DNA from: Octopus sinensis
Taxonomy: Eukaryota
DNA length: 64,000 nucleotides
NCBI RefSeq assembly: GCF_006345805.1
Contig: NC_043008.1
Span: 27,900,001 to 27,964,000 of the forward strand
Direction: 5' to 3'
A model generated the notes under the pieces. It ran no database searches. It saw only the letters and a program-made list of their open reading frames with translations, and was not told where the DNA came from. A program made the position numbers and the translations under genes. This document shows, in pieces, positions 11,178-25,278 of this stretch. The first letter of the stretch is position 1, and each line of letters opens with the position of its first letter.

Positions 11178-14100
11178 TTATATATAGAGGGCATAATTAT
11201 ACATACATGCCAGGAGGCATTATATATACATGCCAAACGCTAAGAGGGACAATCAGTCATTTCTACCAAAAATATTACTAATCCCACCGAATGCAATTTT
11301 TCAAAGTAAGACATTTAAAAATATAGGCCTGTATCACAGTGATTTCATACTTACGTAATCATCAGCAGGCCTGAATGTATTATAAATAAACAACGACCCT
11401 GCCTCGCTTAAGCCGAACAGCTAACTGATCAACATCAACGAAGCACATGGGTGAGTTTATATATATACATCCGGGTAAATGGCAGACTTTTACAAAATTG
11501 CATTTCGGAGAGGAAAAGTTTTTTCGGAATAAAAATTTTGCAATTAAGGACAACTACTTAATAAGGAAAACTTAACAAGAAATTGTCAGGTAGATAGCGT
11601 AAAAACCTCATAAGAGAAAAAATTTCCAAAATAATTATTTCTTATTGAACATATTAAGTTATATATAGAGGGCATAATTATACATACATGCCAGGAGGCA
11701 TTATATATACATGCCAAACGCTAAGAGGGACAATCAGTCATTTCTACCAAAAATATTACTAATCCCACCGAATGCAATTTTTCAAAGTAAGACATTTAAA
11801 AATATAGGCCTGTATCACAGTGATTTCATACTTACGTAATCATCAGCAGGCCTGAATGTATTATAAATAAACAACGACCCTGCCTCGCTTAAGCCGAACA
11901 GCTAACTGATCAACATCAACGAAGCACATGGGTGAGTTTATATATATTACATCCGGGTGAATGGCAGACTTTTACAAAATTGCATTTCGGGAGAGGAAAA
12001 GTTTTTTCGGAATAAAAATTTTGCAATTAAGGACAACTACTTAATAAGGAAAACTTAATAAGAAATTGTCAGGTAGATAGCGTAAAAACCTCATAAGAGA
12101 AAAAATTTCGAAAATAATTATTTCTTATTGAACATATTAATTATATATAGAGGGCATAATTATACATACATGCCAGGAGGCATTATATATACATGCCAAA
12201 CGCTAAGAGGGACAATCAGTCATTTCTACCAAAAATATTACTAATCCCACCGAATGCAATTTTTCAAAGTAAGACATTTAAAAATATAGGCCTGTATCAC
12301 AGTGATTTCATACTTACGTAATCATCAGCAGGCCTGAATGTATTATAAATAAACAACGACCCTGCCTCGCTTAAGCCGAACAGCTAAGTGATCAACATCA
12401 ACGAAGCACATGGGTTAGTTTATATATATTACATCCGGGTGAATGGCAGACTTTTACAAAATTGCATTTCGGGAGAGGAAAAGTTTTTTCGGAATAAAAA
12501 TTTTGCAATTAAGGACAACTACTTAATAAGGAAAACTTAACAAGAAATTGTCAGGTAGATAGCGTAAAAACCTCATAAGAGAAAAAATTTCGAAAATAAT
12601 TATTTCTTATTGAACATATTAAATTATATATAGAGGGCATAATTATACATACATGCCAGGAGGCATTATATATACATGCCAAACGCTAAGAGGGACAATC
12701 AGTCATTTCTACCAAAAATATTACTAATCCCACCGAATGCAATTTTTCAAAGTAAGACATTTAAAAATATAGGCCTGTATCACAGTGATTTCATACTTAC
12801 GTAATCATCAGCAGGCCTGAATGTATTATAAATAAACAACGACCCTGCCTCGCTTAAGCCGAACAGCTAACTGATCAACATCAACGAAGCACATGGGTGA
12901 GTTTATATATTACATCCGGGTGAATGGCAGACTTTTACAAAATTGCATTTCGGGAGAGGAAAAGTTTTTTCGGAATAAAAATTTTGCAATTAAGGACAAC
13001 TACTTAATAAGGAAAACTTAATAAGAAATTGTCAGGTAGATAGCGTAAAAACCTCATAAGAGAAAAAATTTCGAAAATAATTATTTCTTATTGAACATAT
13101 TAATTTATATATAGAGGGCATAATTATACATACATGCCAGGAGGCATTATATATACATGCCAAACGCTAGAGGGGACAATCAGTCATTTCTACCAAAAAT
13201 ATTACTAATCCCACCGAATGCAATTTTTCAAAGTAAGACATTTAAAAATATAGGCCTGTATCACAGTGATTTCATACTTACGTAATCATCAGCAGGCCTG
13301 AATGTATTATAAATAAACAACGACCCTGCCTCGCTTAAGCCGAACAGCTAAGTGATCAACATCAACGAAGCACATGGGTTGGGTTAGTTTATATATATTA
13401 ATCCGGGTGAATGGCAGACTTTTACAAAATTGCATTTCGGGAGAGGAAAAGTTTTTTCGGAATAAAAATTTTGCAATTAAGGACAACTACTTAATAAGGA
13501 AAACTTAACAAGAAATTGTCAGGTAGATAGCGTAAAAACCTCATAGAGAAAAAAATTTCGAAAATAATTATTTCTTATTGAACATATTAAATATATATAG
13601 AGGGCATAATTATACATACATGCCAGGAGGCATTATATATACATGCCAAACGCTAAGAGGGACAATCAGTCATTTCTACCAAAAATATTACTAATCCCAC
13701 CGAATGCAATTTTTCAAAGTAAGACATTTAAAAATATAGGCTGTATCACAGTGGTTTCATACTTACGTAATCATCAGCAGGCCGAATGTATTATAAATAA
13801 ACAACGACCCTGCCTCGCTTAAGCCGAACAGCTAACTGATCAACATCAACGAAGCACATGGGTGAGTTTATATATATTACATCCGGGTGAATGGCATACT
13901 TTTACAAAATTGCATTTCGGGAGAGGAAAAGTTTTTTCGGAATAAAAATTTTGCAATTAAGGACAACTACTTAATAAGGAAAACTTAACAAGAAATTGTC
14001 AGGTAGATAGCGTAAAAACCTCATAAGAGAAAAAATTTCCAAAATAATTATTTCTTATTGAACATATTAAGTTATATATAGAGGGCATAATTATACATAC

Positions 14101-17100
14101 ATGCCAGGAGGCATTATATATACATGCCAAACGCTAAGAGGGACAATCAGTCATTTCTACCAAAAATATTACTAATCCCACCGAATGCAATTTTTCAAAG
14201 TAAGACATTTAAAAATATAGGCCTGAATCACAGTGATTTCATACTTACGTAATCATCAGCAGGCCTGAATGTATTATATAATAAACAACGACCCTGCCTC
14301 GCTTAAGCCGAACAGCTAACTGATCAACATCAACGAAGCACATGGGTGAGTTTATATATATTACATCCGGGTGAATGGCAGACTTTTACAAAATTGCATT
14401 TCGGGAGAGGAAAAGTTTTTTCGGAATAAAAATTTTGCAATTAAGGACAACTACTTAATAAGGAAAACTTAACAAGAAATTGTCAGGTAGATAGCGTAAA
14501 AACCTCATAAGAGAAAAAATTTCCAAAATAATTATTTCTTATTGAACATATTAAGTTATATATAGAGGGCATAATTATACATACATGCCAGGAGGCATTA
14601 TATATACATGCCAAACGCTAAGAGGGACAATCAGTCATTTCTACCAAAAATATTACTAATCCCACCGAATGCAATTTTTCAAAGTAAGCATTTAAAAATA
14701 TAGGCCTGTATCACAGTGATTTCATACTTACGTAATCATCAGCAGGCTGAATGTATTATAAATAACAACGACCCTGCCTCGCTTAAGCCGAACAGCTAAC
14801 TGATCAACATCAACGAAGCACATGGGTGAGTTTATATATATTACATCGGGTGAATGGCAGACTTTTACAAAATTGCATTTCGGGAGAGGAAAAGTTTTTT
14901 CGGAATAAAAATTTTGCAATTAAGGACAACTACTTAATAAGGAAAACTTAACAAGAAATTGTCAGTAGATAGCGTAAAAACCTCATAAGAGAAAAAATTT
15001 CGAAAATAATTAATTCTTATTGAACATATTAATTTATATATAGAGGGCATAATTATACATACATGCCAGGAGGCATTCATATACATGCCAAACGCTAAGA
15101 GGGACAATCAGTCATTTCTACCAAAAATATTACTAATCCCACCGAATGCAATTTTTCAAGTAAGACATTAAAAAATATAGGCCTGTATCACAGTGATTTC
15201 ATACTTACGTAATCATCAGCAGGCCTGAATGTATTATAAATAAACAACGACCCTGCCTCGCTTAAGCCGAACAGCTAATGATCAACATCAACGAAGCACA
15301 GGGGTGAGTTTATAATATTATACATCCGGGTGAAGGCAGACTTTTACAAAATTGCATTTCGGAGAGGAAAAGTTTTTTCGGAATAAAAATTTTGCAATTA
15401 ACGACAACTACTTAATAAGGAAAACTTAACAAGAAATTGTCAGGTAGTAGCGTAAAAACCTCATAAGAGAAAAAATTTCGAAAATAATTATTTCTTATTG
15501 AACATTTAATTTATATATAGAGGGCATAATTATACATACATGCCAGGAGGCATATATATACATGCCAAACGCTAAGAGGACAATCAGTCATTTCTACCAA
15601 AAATATTACTAATCCCACCGAATGCAATTTTTCAAAGTAAGACATTTAAAAATATAGGCCTGTATCACAGTGATTCATACTTACGTAATCATCAGCAGGC
15701 CTGAATGTATTATAAATAAACAACGACCCTGCCTCGCTTAAGCCGAAAGCTAACTGATCAACATCAACGAAGCACATCGGGTGTTTAGTATATATAATTA
15801 CATCCGGTGAATGGCAGATTTTACAAAATTGCATTTCGGGAGAGGAAAAGTTTTTTCGGAATAAAAATTTTGCAATTAAGGACAACTACTTATAAGGAAA
15901 ACTTAACAAGAAATTGTCAGGTAGATAGCGTAAAAACCTCATAAGAGAAAAAATTTCCAAAATAATTATTTCTTATTGAAAAATATAAGTTATATATAGA
16001 GGGCATAATATACATACATGCCAGGAGGCATTATATATACATGCCAAACGCTAAGAGGGACAATCAGTCATTTCTACCAAAAATATTACTAATCCCACCG
16101 AATGCAATTTTTCAAAGTAAGACATTTAAAAATATAGGCCTGTATCACAGTGATTTCATACTTACGTAATCATCAGCAGGCCTGAATGTATTATAAATAA
16201 ACAACGACCCTGCCTCGCTTAAGCCGAACAGCTAACTGATCAACATCAACGAAGCACATGGGTGAGTTATATATATTACATCCGGGTGAATGGCAGACTT
16301 TTACAAAATTGCATTTCGGGAGAGGAAAAGTTTTTTCGGAATAAAAATTTTGCAATTAAGGACAACTACTTAATAAGGAAAACTTAAAGAAATTGTCAGG
16401 TAGATAGCGTAAAAACCTCATAAGAGAAAAAATTTCGAAAATAATTATTTCTTATTGAACATATTAATTTATATATAGAGGGCATAATTATACATACATG
16501 CTAGGAGGCATTATATATACATGCCAAACGCTAAGAGGGACAATCAGTCATTTCTACCAAAAATATTACTAATCCAACGAATGCATTTTTTCAAAGTAAG
16601 ACATTTAAAAATATAGGCCTGTATCACAGTGATTTCATACTTACGTAATCATCAGCAGGCCTGAAGTATTATTATAAATATAACAACGACCCTGCCTCGC
16701 TTAAGCCGAACAGCTAACTGATCAACATCAACGAAGCACATGGGTGAGTTTATATATTACATCCGGGTGAATGGCAGACTTTTACAAAATTGCATTTCGG
16801 GAGAGGAAAAGTTTTTTCGGAAATAAAAAATTTGCAATTAAGGACAACTACTTAATAAGGAAAACTTAACAAGAAATTGTCAGGTAGATAGCGTAAAAAC
16901 CTCATAAGAGAAAAATTTCGAAAATAATTATTTCTTATTGAACATATTAACTTATATATAGAGGGCATAATTATACATACATGCCAGGAGCATTATATAT
17001 ACATGCCAAACGCTAGAGGGACAATCAGTCATTTCTACCAAAAATATTACTAATCCCACCGAATGCAATTTTTCAAAGTAAGACATTTAAAAATATAGGC

Positions 17101-20100
17101 CTGTATCACAGTGATTTCATACTTACGTAATCATCAGCAGGCCTGAATGTATTATATAAACAACGACCCCCTGCCTCGCTTAAGCCGAACAGCTAACTGA
17201 TCAACATCAACGAAGCACATGGGTGAGTTTATATATATTACATCCGGGTGAATGGCAGACTTTTACAAAATTGCATTTCGTGAGAGGAAAAGTTTTTTCG
17301 GAATAAAAATTTTGCAATTAAGGACAACTACTTAATAAGGAAAACTTAACAAGAAATTGTCAGGTAGATAGCGTAAAAACCTCATAAGAGAAAAAATTTC
17401 GAAAATAATTATTTCTTATTGAACATATTAATTTATATATAGAGGGCATATTATACATACATGCCAGGAGGCATTATATATACATGCCAAACGCTAAGAG
17501 GGACAATCAGTCATTTCTACAAAAAATATTACTAATCCCACCGAATGCAATTTTTCAAAGTAAGACATTTAAAAATATAGGCCTGTATCACAGTGATTTC
17601 ATACTTACGTAATCATCAGCAGGCTGAATGTATTATAAATAAACAACGACCCTGCCTCGCTTAAGCCGAACAGCTAACTGATCAACATCAACGAAGCACA
17701 TGGGTGAGTTTATATATATTACATCCGGGTGAATGGCAGACTTTTACAAAATTGCATTTCGGGAGAGGAAAAGTTTTTTCGGAATAAAAATTTTGCAATT
17801 AAGGACAACTACTTAATAAGGAAAACTTAACAAGAAATTGTCAGGTAGATAGCGTAAAAACCTCATAAGAGAAAAAATTTCGAAAATAATTATTTCTTAT
17901 TGAACATATTAATTTATATATAGAGGGCATAATTATACATACATGCTAGGAGGCATTATATATACATGCCAAACGCTAAGAGGGACAATCAGTCATTTCT
18001 ACCAAAAATATTACTAATCCCACCGAATGCAATTTTTCAAAGTAAGACATTTAAAAATATAGGCCTGTATCACAGTGATTCATACTTACGTAATCATCAG
18101 CAGGCCTGAATGTATTATAAATAAACAACGACCCTGCCTCGCTTAAGCCGAACAGCTAACTGATCAACATCAACGAAGCACATGGGTGAGTTATATATAT
18201 TACATCCGGGTGAATGGCAGACTTTTACAAAATTGCATTTCGGGAGAGGAAAAGTTTTTTCGGAATAAAAATTTTGCAATTAAGGACAACTATAATAAGG
18301 AAAACTTAACAAGAAATTGTCAGGTAGGTAGCGTAAAAACCTCATAAGAGAAAAAATTTCGAAAATAATTATTTCTTATTGAACATTTAATTTATATATA
18401 GAGGGCATAATTATACATACATGCCAGGAGGCAATATATATACATGCCAAACGCTAAGAGGGACAATCAGTCATTTCTACCAAAAATATTACTAATCCCA
18501 CCGAATGCAATTTTTCAAAGTAAGACATTTAAAAATATAGGCCTGTATCACAGTGATTTCATACTTACGTAATCATCAGCAGGCCTGAATGTATTATAAA
18601 TAAACAACGACCCTGCCTCGCTTAAGCCGAACAGCTAACTGATCAACATCAACGAAGCACATGGGTTAGTTTATATATATTATCCGGGTGAATGGCAGAC
18701 TTTTACAAAATTGCATTTCGGGAGAGGAAAAGTTTTTTCGGAATAAAATTTTGCAATTAAGGACAACTACTTAATAAGGAAAACTTAACAAGAAATTGTC
18801 AGGTAGATAGCGTAAAAACCTCATAAGAGAAAAAATTTCGAAAATAATTATTTCTTATTGAACATATTAATTTATATATAGAGGGCATAATTATACATAC
18901 ATGCCAGGAGGCATTATATATACATGCCAAACGCTAAGAGGGACAATCAGTCATTTCTACCAAAAATATTACTAATCCCACCGAATGCAATTTTTCAAAG
19001 TAAGATTTTAAAAATATAGGCCTGTATCACAGTGATTTCATACTTACGTAATCATCAGCAGGCCTGAATGTATTATAAATAAACAACGACCCTGCCTCGC
19101 TTAAGTCGAACAGCTAACTGATCAACATCAACGAAGCACATGGTGAGTTTATATATATATTACATCCGGGTGAATGGCAGACTTTTACAAAATTGCATTT
19201 CGGGAGAGGAAAAGTTTTTTCGGAATAAAAATTTTGCAATTAAGGACAACTACTTAATAAGGAAAACTTAACAAGAAATTGTCAGGTAGATAGCGTAAAA
19301 ACCTCATAAGAGAAAAAATTTCGAAAATAATTATTTCTTATTGAACATATTAATTTATATATAGAGGGCATAATTATACATACATGCCAGGAGGCATTAT
19401 ATATACATGCCAAACGCTAAGAGGGACAATCAGTCATTTCTACCAAAAATATTACTAATCCCACCGAATGCAATTTTTCAAAGTAAGACATTTAAAAATA
19501 TAGGCCTGTATCACAGTGATTTCATACTTACGTAATCATCAGCAGGCCTGAATGTATTATAAATAAACAACGACCCTGCCTCGCTTAAGCCGAACAGCTA
19601 ACTGATCAACATCAACGAAGCACATGGGTGAGTTTATATATATTACATCCGGGTAAATGGCAGACTTTTACAAAACTGCATTTCGGGAGAGGAAAAGTTT
19701 TTTCGGAATAAAAATTTTGCAATTAAGGACAACTACTTAATAAGGAAAACTTAACAAGAAATTGTCAGGTAGATAGCGTAAAAACCTCATAAGAGAAAAA
19801 TTTCGAAAATAATTATTTCTTATTGAACATATTAATTTATATATAGAGGGCATAATTATACATACATGCCAGGAGGCATATATATACATGCCAAACGCTA
19901 AGAGGGACAATCAGTCATTTCTACCAAAAATATTACTAATCCCACCGAATGCAATTTTTCAAAGTAAGACATTTAAAAAATAGGCCTGTATCACAGTGAT
20001 TTCATACTTACGTAATCATCAGCAGGCCTGAATGTATTATAAATAAACAACGACCCTGCCTCGCTTAAGCCGAACAGCTAACTGATCAACATCAACGAAG

Positions 20101-23100
20101 CACATGGGTGAGTTTATATATATTACATCCGGGTGAATGGCAGACTTTTACAAAATTGCATTTCGGGAGAGGAAAAGTTTTTTCGGAATAAAAATTTTGC
20201 AATTAAGGACAACTACTTAATAAGGAAAACTTAACAAGAAATTGTCAGGTAGATAGCGTAAAAACCTCATAAGAGAAAAAATTTCGAAAATAATTATTTC
20301 TTATTGAACATATTAATTTATATATAGAGGGCATAATTATACATACATGCCAGGAGGCATTATATATACATGCCAAACGCTAAGAGGGACAATCAGTCAT
20401 TTCTACCAAAAATATTACTAATCCCACCGAATGCAATTTTTCAAAGTAAGACATTTAAAAATATAGGCCTGTATCACAGTGATTTCATACTTACGTAATC
20501 ATCAGCAGGCCTGAATGTATTATAAATAAACAACGACCCTGCCTCGCTTAAGCCGAACAGCTAACTGATCAACATCAACGAAGCACATGGGTGAGTTTAT
20601 ATATATTACATCCGGGTGAATGGCAGACTTTTACAAAATTGCATTTCGGGAGAGGAAAAGTTTTTTCGGAATAAAAATTTTGCAATTAAGGACAACTACT
20701 TAATAAGGAAAACTTAACAAGAAATTGTCAGGTAGGTAGCGTAAAAACCTCATAAGAGAAAAAATTTCGAAAATAATTATTTCTTATTGAACATTTAATT
20801 TATATATAGAGGGCATAATTATACATACATGCCAGGAGGCAATATATATACATGCCAAACGCTAAGAGGGACAATCAGTCATTTCTACCAAAAATATTAC
20901 TAATCCCACCGAATGCAATTTTTCAAAGTAAGACATTTAAAAATATAGGCCTGTATCACAGTGATTTCATACTTACGTAATCATCAGCAGGCCTGAATGT
21001 ATTATAAATAAACAACGACCCTGCCTCGCTTAAGCCGAACAGCTAACTGATCAACATCAACGAAGCACATGGGTGAGTTTATATATATACATCCGGGTGA
21101 ATGGCAGACTTTTACAAAATTGCATTTCGGGAGAGGAAAAGTTTTTTCGGAATAAAAATTTTGCAATTAAGGACAACTACTTAATAAGGAAAACTTAACA
21201 AGAAATTGTCAGGTAGGTAGCGTAAAAACCTCATAAGAGAAAAATTTCGAAAATAATTATTTCTTATTGAACATTAATTATATATAGAGGGCATAATTAT
21301 ACATACATGCCAGGAGGCAATATATATACATGCCAAACGCTAAGAGGGACAATCAGTCATTTCTACCAAAAATATTACTAATCCCACCGAATGCAATTTT
21401 TCAAAGTAAGACATTTAAAAATATAGGCCTGTATCACAGTGATTTCATACTTACGTAATCATCAGCAGGCCTGAATGTATTATAAATAAACAACGACCCT
21501 GCCTCGCTTAAGCCGAACAGCTAACTGATCAACATCAACGAAGCACATGGGTGAGTTTATATATATTACATCCGGGTGAATGGCAGACTTTTACAAAATT
21601 GCATTTCGGGAGAGGAAAAGTTTTTTCGGAATAAAAATTTTGCAATTAAGGACAACTACTTAATAAGGAAAACTTAACAAGAAATTGTCAGGTAGATAGC
21701 GTAAAAACCTCATAAGAGAAAAAATTTCGAAAATAATTATTTCTTATTGAACATATTAATTTATATATAGAGGGCATAATTATACATACATGCCAGGAGG
21801 CATTTATATACATGCCAAACGCTAAGAGGGACAATCAGTCATTTCTACCAAAAATATTACTAATCCCACCGAATGCAATTTTTCAAAGTAAGACATTTAA
21901 AAATATAGGCCTGTATCACAGTGATTTCATACTTACGTAATCATCAGCAGGCCTGAATGTATTATAAATAAACAACGACCCTGCCTCGCTTAAGCCGAAC
22001 AGCTAACTGATCAACATCAACGAAGCACATGGGTGAGTTTATATATATTACATCCGGGTAAATGGCAGACTTTTACAAAATTGCATTTCGGGAGAGGAAA
22101 AGTTTTTTCGGAATAAAAATTTTGCAATTAAGGACAACTACTTAATAAGGAAAACTTAACAAGAAATTGTCAGGTAGATAGCGTAAAAACCTCATAAGAG
22201 AAAAAATTTCGAAAATAATTATTTCTTATTGAACATATTAATTTATATATAGAGGGCATAAGTATACATACATGCTAGGAGGCATTATATATACATGCCA
22301 AACGCTAAGAGGGACAATCAGGCATTTCCACCAAAAATATTACTAATCCCACCGAATGCAATTTTTCAAAGTAAGACATTTAAAAATATAGGCTTGTATC
22401 ACAGTGATTTCATACTTACGTAATCATCAGCAGGCCTGAATGTATTATAAATAAACAACGACCCTGCCTCGCTTAAGCCGAACAGCTAACTGATCAACAT
22501 CAACGAAGCACATGGGTTAGTTTATATATATTACATCCGGGTGAATGGCAGACTTTTACAAAATTGCATTTCGGGAGAGGAAAAGTTTTTTCGTAATAAA
22601 AATTTTGCAATTAAGGACAACTACTTAATAAGGAAAACTTAACAAGAAATTGTCAGGTAGATAGCGTAAAAACCTCATAAGAGAAAAAATTTCGAAAATA
22701 ATTATTTCTTATTGAACATATTAAATTATATATAGAGGGCATAATTATACATACATGCCAGGAGGCATTATATATACATGCCAAACGCTAAGAGGGACAA
22801 TCAGTCATTTCTACCAAAAATATTACTAATCCCACCGAATGCAATTTTTCAAAGTAAGACATTTAAAAATATAGGCCTGTATCACAGTGATTTCATACTT
22901 ACGTAATCATCAGCAGGCCTGAATGTATTAAAAATAAACAACGACCCTGCCTCGCTTAAGCCGAACAGCTAACTGATCAACATCAACGAAGCACATGGGT
23001 GAGTATATATATTACATCCGGGTGAATGGCAGACTTTTACAAAATTGCATTTCGGGAGAGGAAAAGTTTTTTCGGAATAAAAATTTTGCAATTAAGGACA

Positions 23101-24839
23101 ACTACTTAATAAGGAAAACTTAACAAGAAATTGTCAGGTAGATAGCGTAAAAACCTCATAAGAAAAAAATTTCGAAAATAATTATTTGTTATTGAACATA
23201 TTAATTTATATATAGAGGGCATAATATACATACATGCCAGGAGGCATTATATATACATGCCAAACGCTAAGAGGGACAATCAGTCATTTCTACCAAAAAT
23301 ATTACTAATCCCACCGAATGCAATTTTTCAAAGTAAGACATTTAAAAATATAGGCCTGTATCACAGTGATTTCATACTTACGTAATCATCAGCAGGCCTG
23401 AATGTATTATAAATAAACAACGACCCTGCCTCGCTTAAGCCGAACAGCTAACTGATCAACATCAACGAAGCACATGGGTGAGTTTATATATATTACATCC
23501 GGGTGAATGGCAGACTTTTACAAAATTGCATTTCGGGAGAGGAAAAGTTTTTTCGGAATAAAAATTTTGCAATTAAGGACAACTACTTAATAAGGAAAAC
23601 TTAACAAGAAATTGTCAGGTAGATAGCGTAAAAACCTCATAAGAGAAAAAATTTCGAAAATAATTATTTCTTATTGAACATATAATTTATATATAGAGGG
23701 CATAATTATACATACATGCCAGGAGGCATTATATATACATGCCAAACGCTAAGAGGGACAATCAGTCATTTCTACCAAAAATATTACTAATCCACCGAAT
23801 GCAATTTTTCAAAGTAAGACATTTAAAAATATAGGCCTGTATCACAGTGATTTCATACTTACGTAATCATCAGCAGGCCTGAATGTATTATAAATAAACA
23901 ACGACCCTGCTCGCTTAAGCCGAACAGCTAACTGATAAACATCAACGAAGCACATGGGTGAGTTTATATATATTACATCCGGTGAATGGCAGACTTTTAC
24001 AAAATTGCATTTCGGGAGAGGAAAAGATTTTTCGGAATAAAATTTTGCAATTAAGGACAACTACTTAATAAGGAAAACTTAACAAGAAATTGTCAGGTAG
24101 ATAGCGTAAAAACCTCATAAGAGAAAAAATTTCGAAAATAATTATTTCTTATTGAACATATTAATTTATATATAGAGGGCATAATTATACATACATGCTA
24201 GGAGGCATTATATATACATGCCAAACGCTAAGAGGGACAATCAGTCATTTCTACCAAAAATATTACTAATCCCACCGAATGCAATTTTTCAAAGTAAGAC
24301 ATTTAAAATATAGGCCTGTATCACAGTGATTTCATACTTACGTAATCATCAGCAGGCCTGAATGTATTATAATAAACAACGACCCTGCCTCGCTTAAGCC
24401 GAACAGCTAACTGATCAACATCAACGAAGCACATGGGTGAGTTTATATATATTACATCCGGGTGAATGGCAGACTTTTACAAAATTGCATTTCGGGAGAG
24501 GAAAAGTTTTTTCGGAATAAAAATTTTGCAATTAAGGACAACTACTTAATAAGGAAAACTTAACAAGAAATTGTCAGGTAGATAGCGTAAAAACCTCATA
24601 AGAGAAAAAATTTCGAAAATAATTATTTCTTATTGAACATATTAATTTATATATAGAGGGCATAATTATACATACATGCCAGGAGGCATTATATATACAT
24701 GCCAAACGCTAAGAGGGACAATCAGTCATTTCTACCAAAAATATTACTAATCCCACCGAATGCAATTTTTCAAAGTAAGACATTTAAAAATATAGGCCTG
24801 TATCACAGTGATTTCATACTTACGTAATCATCAGCAGGC
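11174..24839 (-). repeat. Tandem array of a ~481-bp hammerhead-bearing monomer (28 full units plus 1 partial); retrozyme-like satellite (family B)
   Basis: The marker AGAGGGCAT occurs 29 times from about 11186 to about 24655, giving a period of ~481 bp. Units are nearly identical and have no conserved ORF. Each has an HHR on the minus strand. Confidence 0.97.
11325..11372 (-). ncRNA. Type I hammerhead ribozyme motif (family B; first unit shown, repeated every ~481 bp)
   Basis: AGGCCUG-CUGAUGA-UUAC-GUAA-GUAU-GAAA-UCAC-U-GUGA-UA^-CAGGCCU. Helix I is 7 bp, the core is canonical, helix II has a GNRA loop and a U.U base, helix III has a 1-nt loop, and the triplet is AUA. Confidence 0.85.
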
Positions 24840-25278
24840 AATTTTGTAAAAGTCTGCCATTCACCCGGATGTAATAATATAAACTCCCATGTGCTTCGTT
24901 GATGTTGATCAGTTAGCTGTTCGGCTTAAGCGAGGCAGGGTCGTTGTTTATTATAATACATTCAGGCCTGCTGATGATTACGTAAGTATGAAATCACTGT
25001 GATACAGGCCTATATTTAAATGTCTTACTTTGAAAAATTGCATTCGGTGGGATTAGTAATATTTTTGGTAGAAATGACTGATTGTCCCTCTTAGCGTTTG
25101 GCATGTATATAATGCCTCCTGGCATGTATGTATATTATGCCCTCTATATATAAATTAATATGTTCAATAAGAAATAAATTTTCGAAATTTTTTCTCTTAT
25201 GAGGTTTTACGCTATCTACCTGACAATTTCTTGTTAAGTTTTCCTTATTAAGTAGTTGTCCTTAATTGCAAAATTTTA
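24838..25278 (+). repeat. Inverted, circularly permuted ~440-bp copy of the array monomer
   Basis: Reverse complement of the monomer crossing the unit junction. It is joined to the array through a 2-nt GC overlap (24838-24839) and ends in (TA)n at about 25279-25345. Confidence 0.9.
24964..25011 (+). ncRNA. Type I hammerhead motif in the inverted monomer
   Basis: Reads directly as AGGCCTG CTGATGA TTACGTAAGTAT GAAA TCACTGTGA TA CAGGCCT. Confidence 0.85.

Noticed and set aside
11174-24839. CRISPR array or protein-coding repeat
   Set aside because: Whole units are identical with no unique spacers and no cas genes. The few 63-79 aa ORFs appear only in units with indels and are not conserved.
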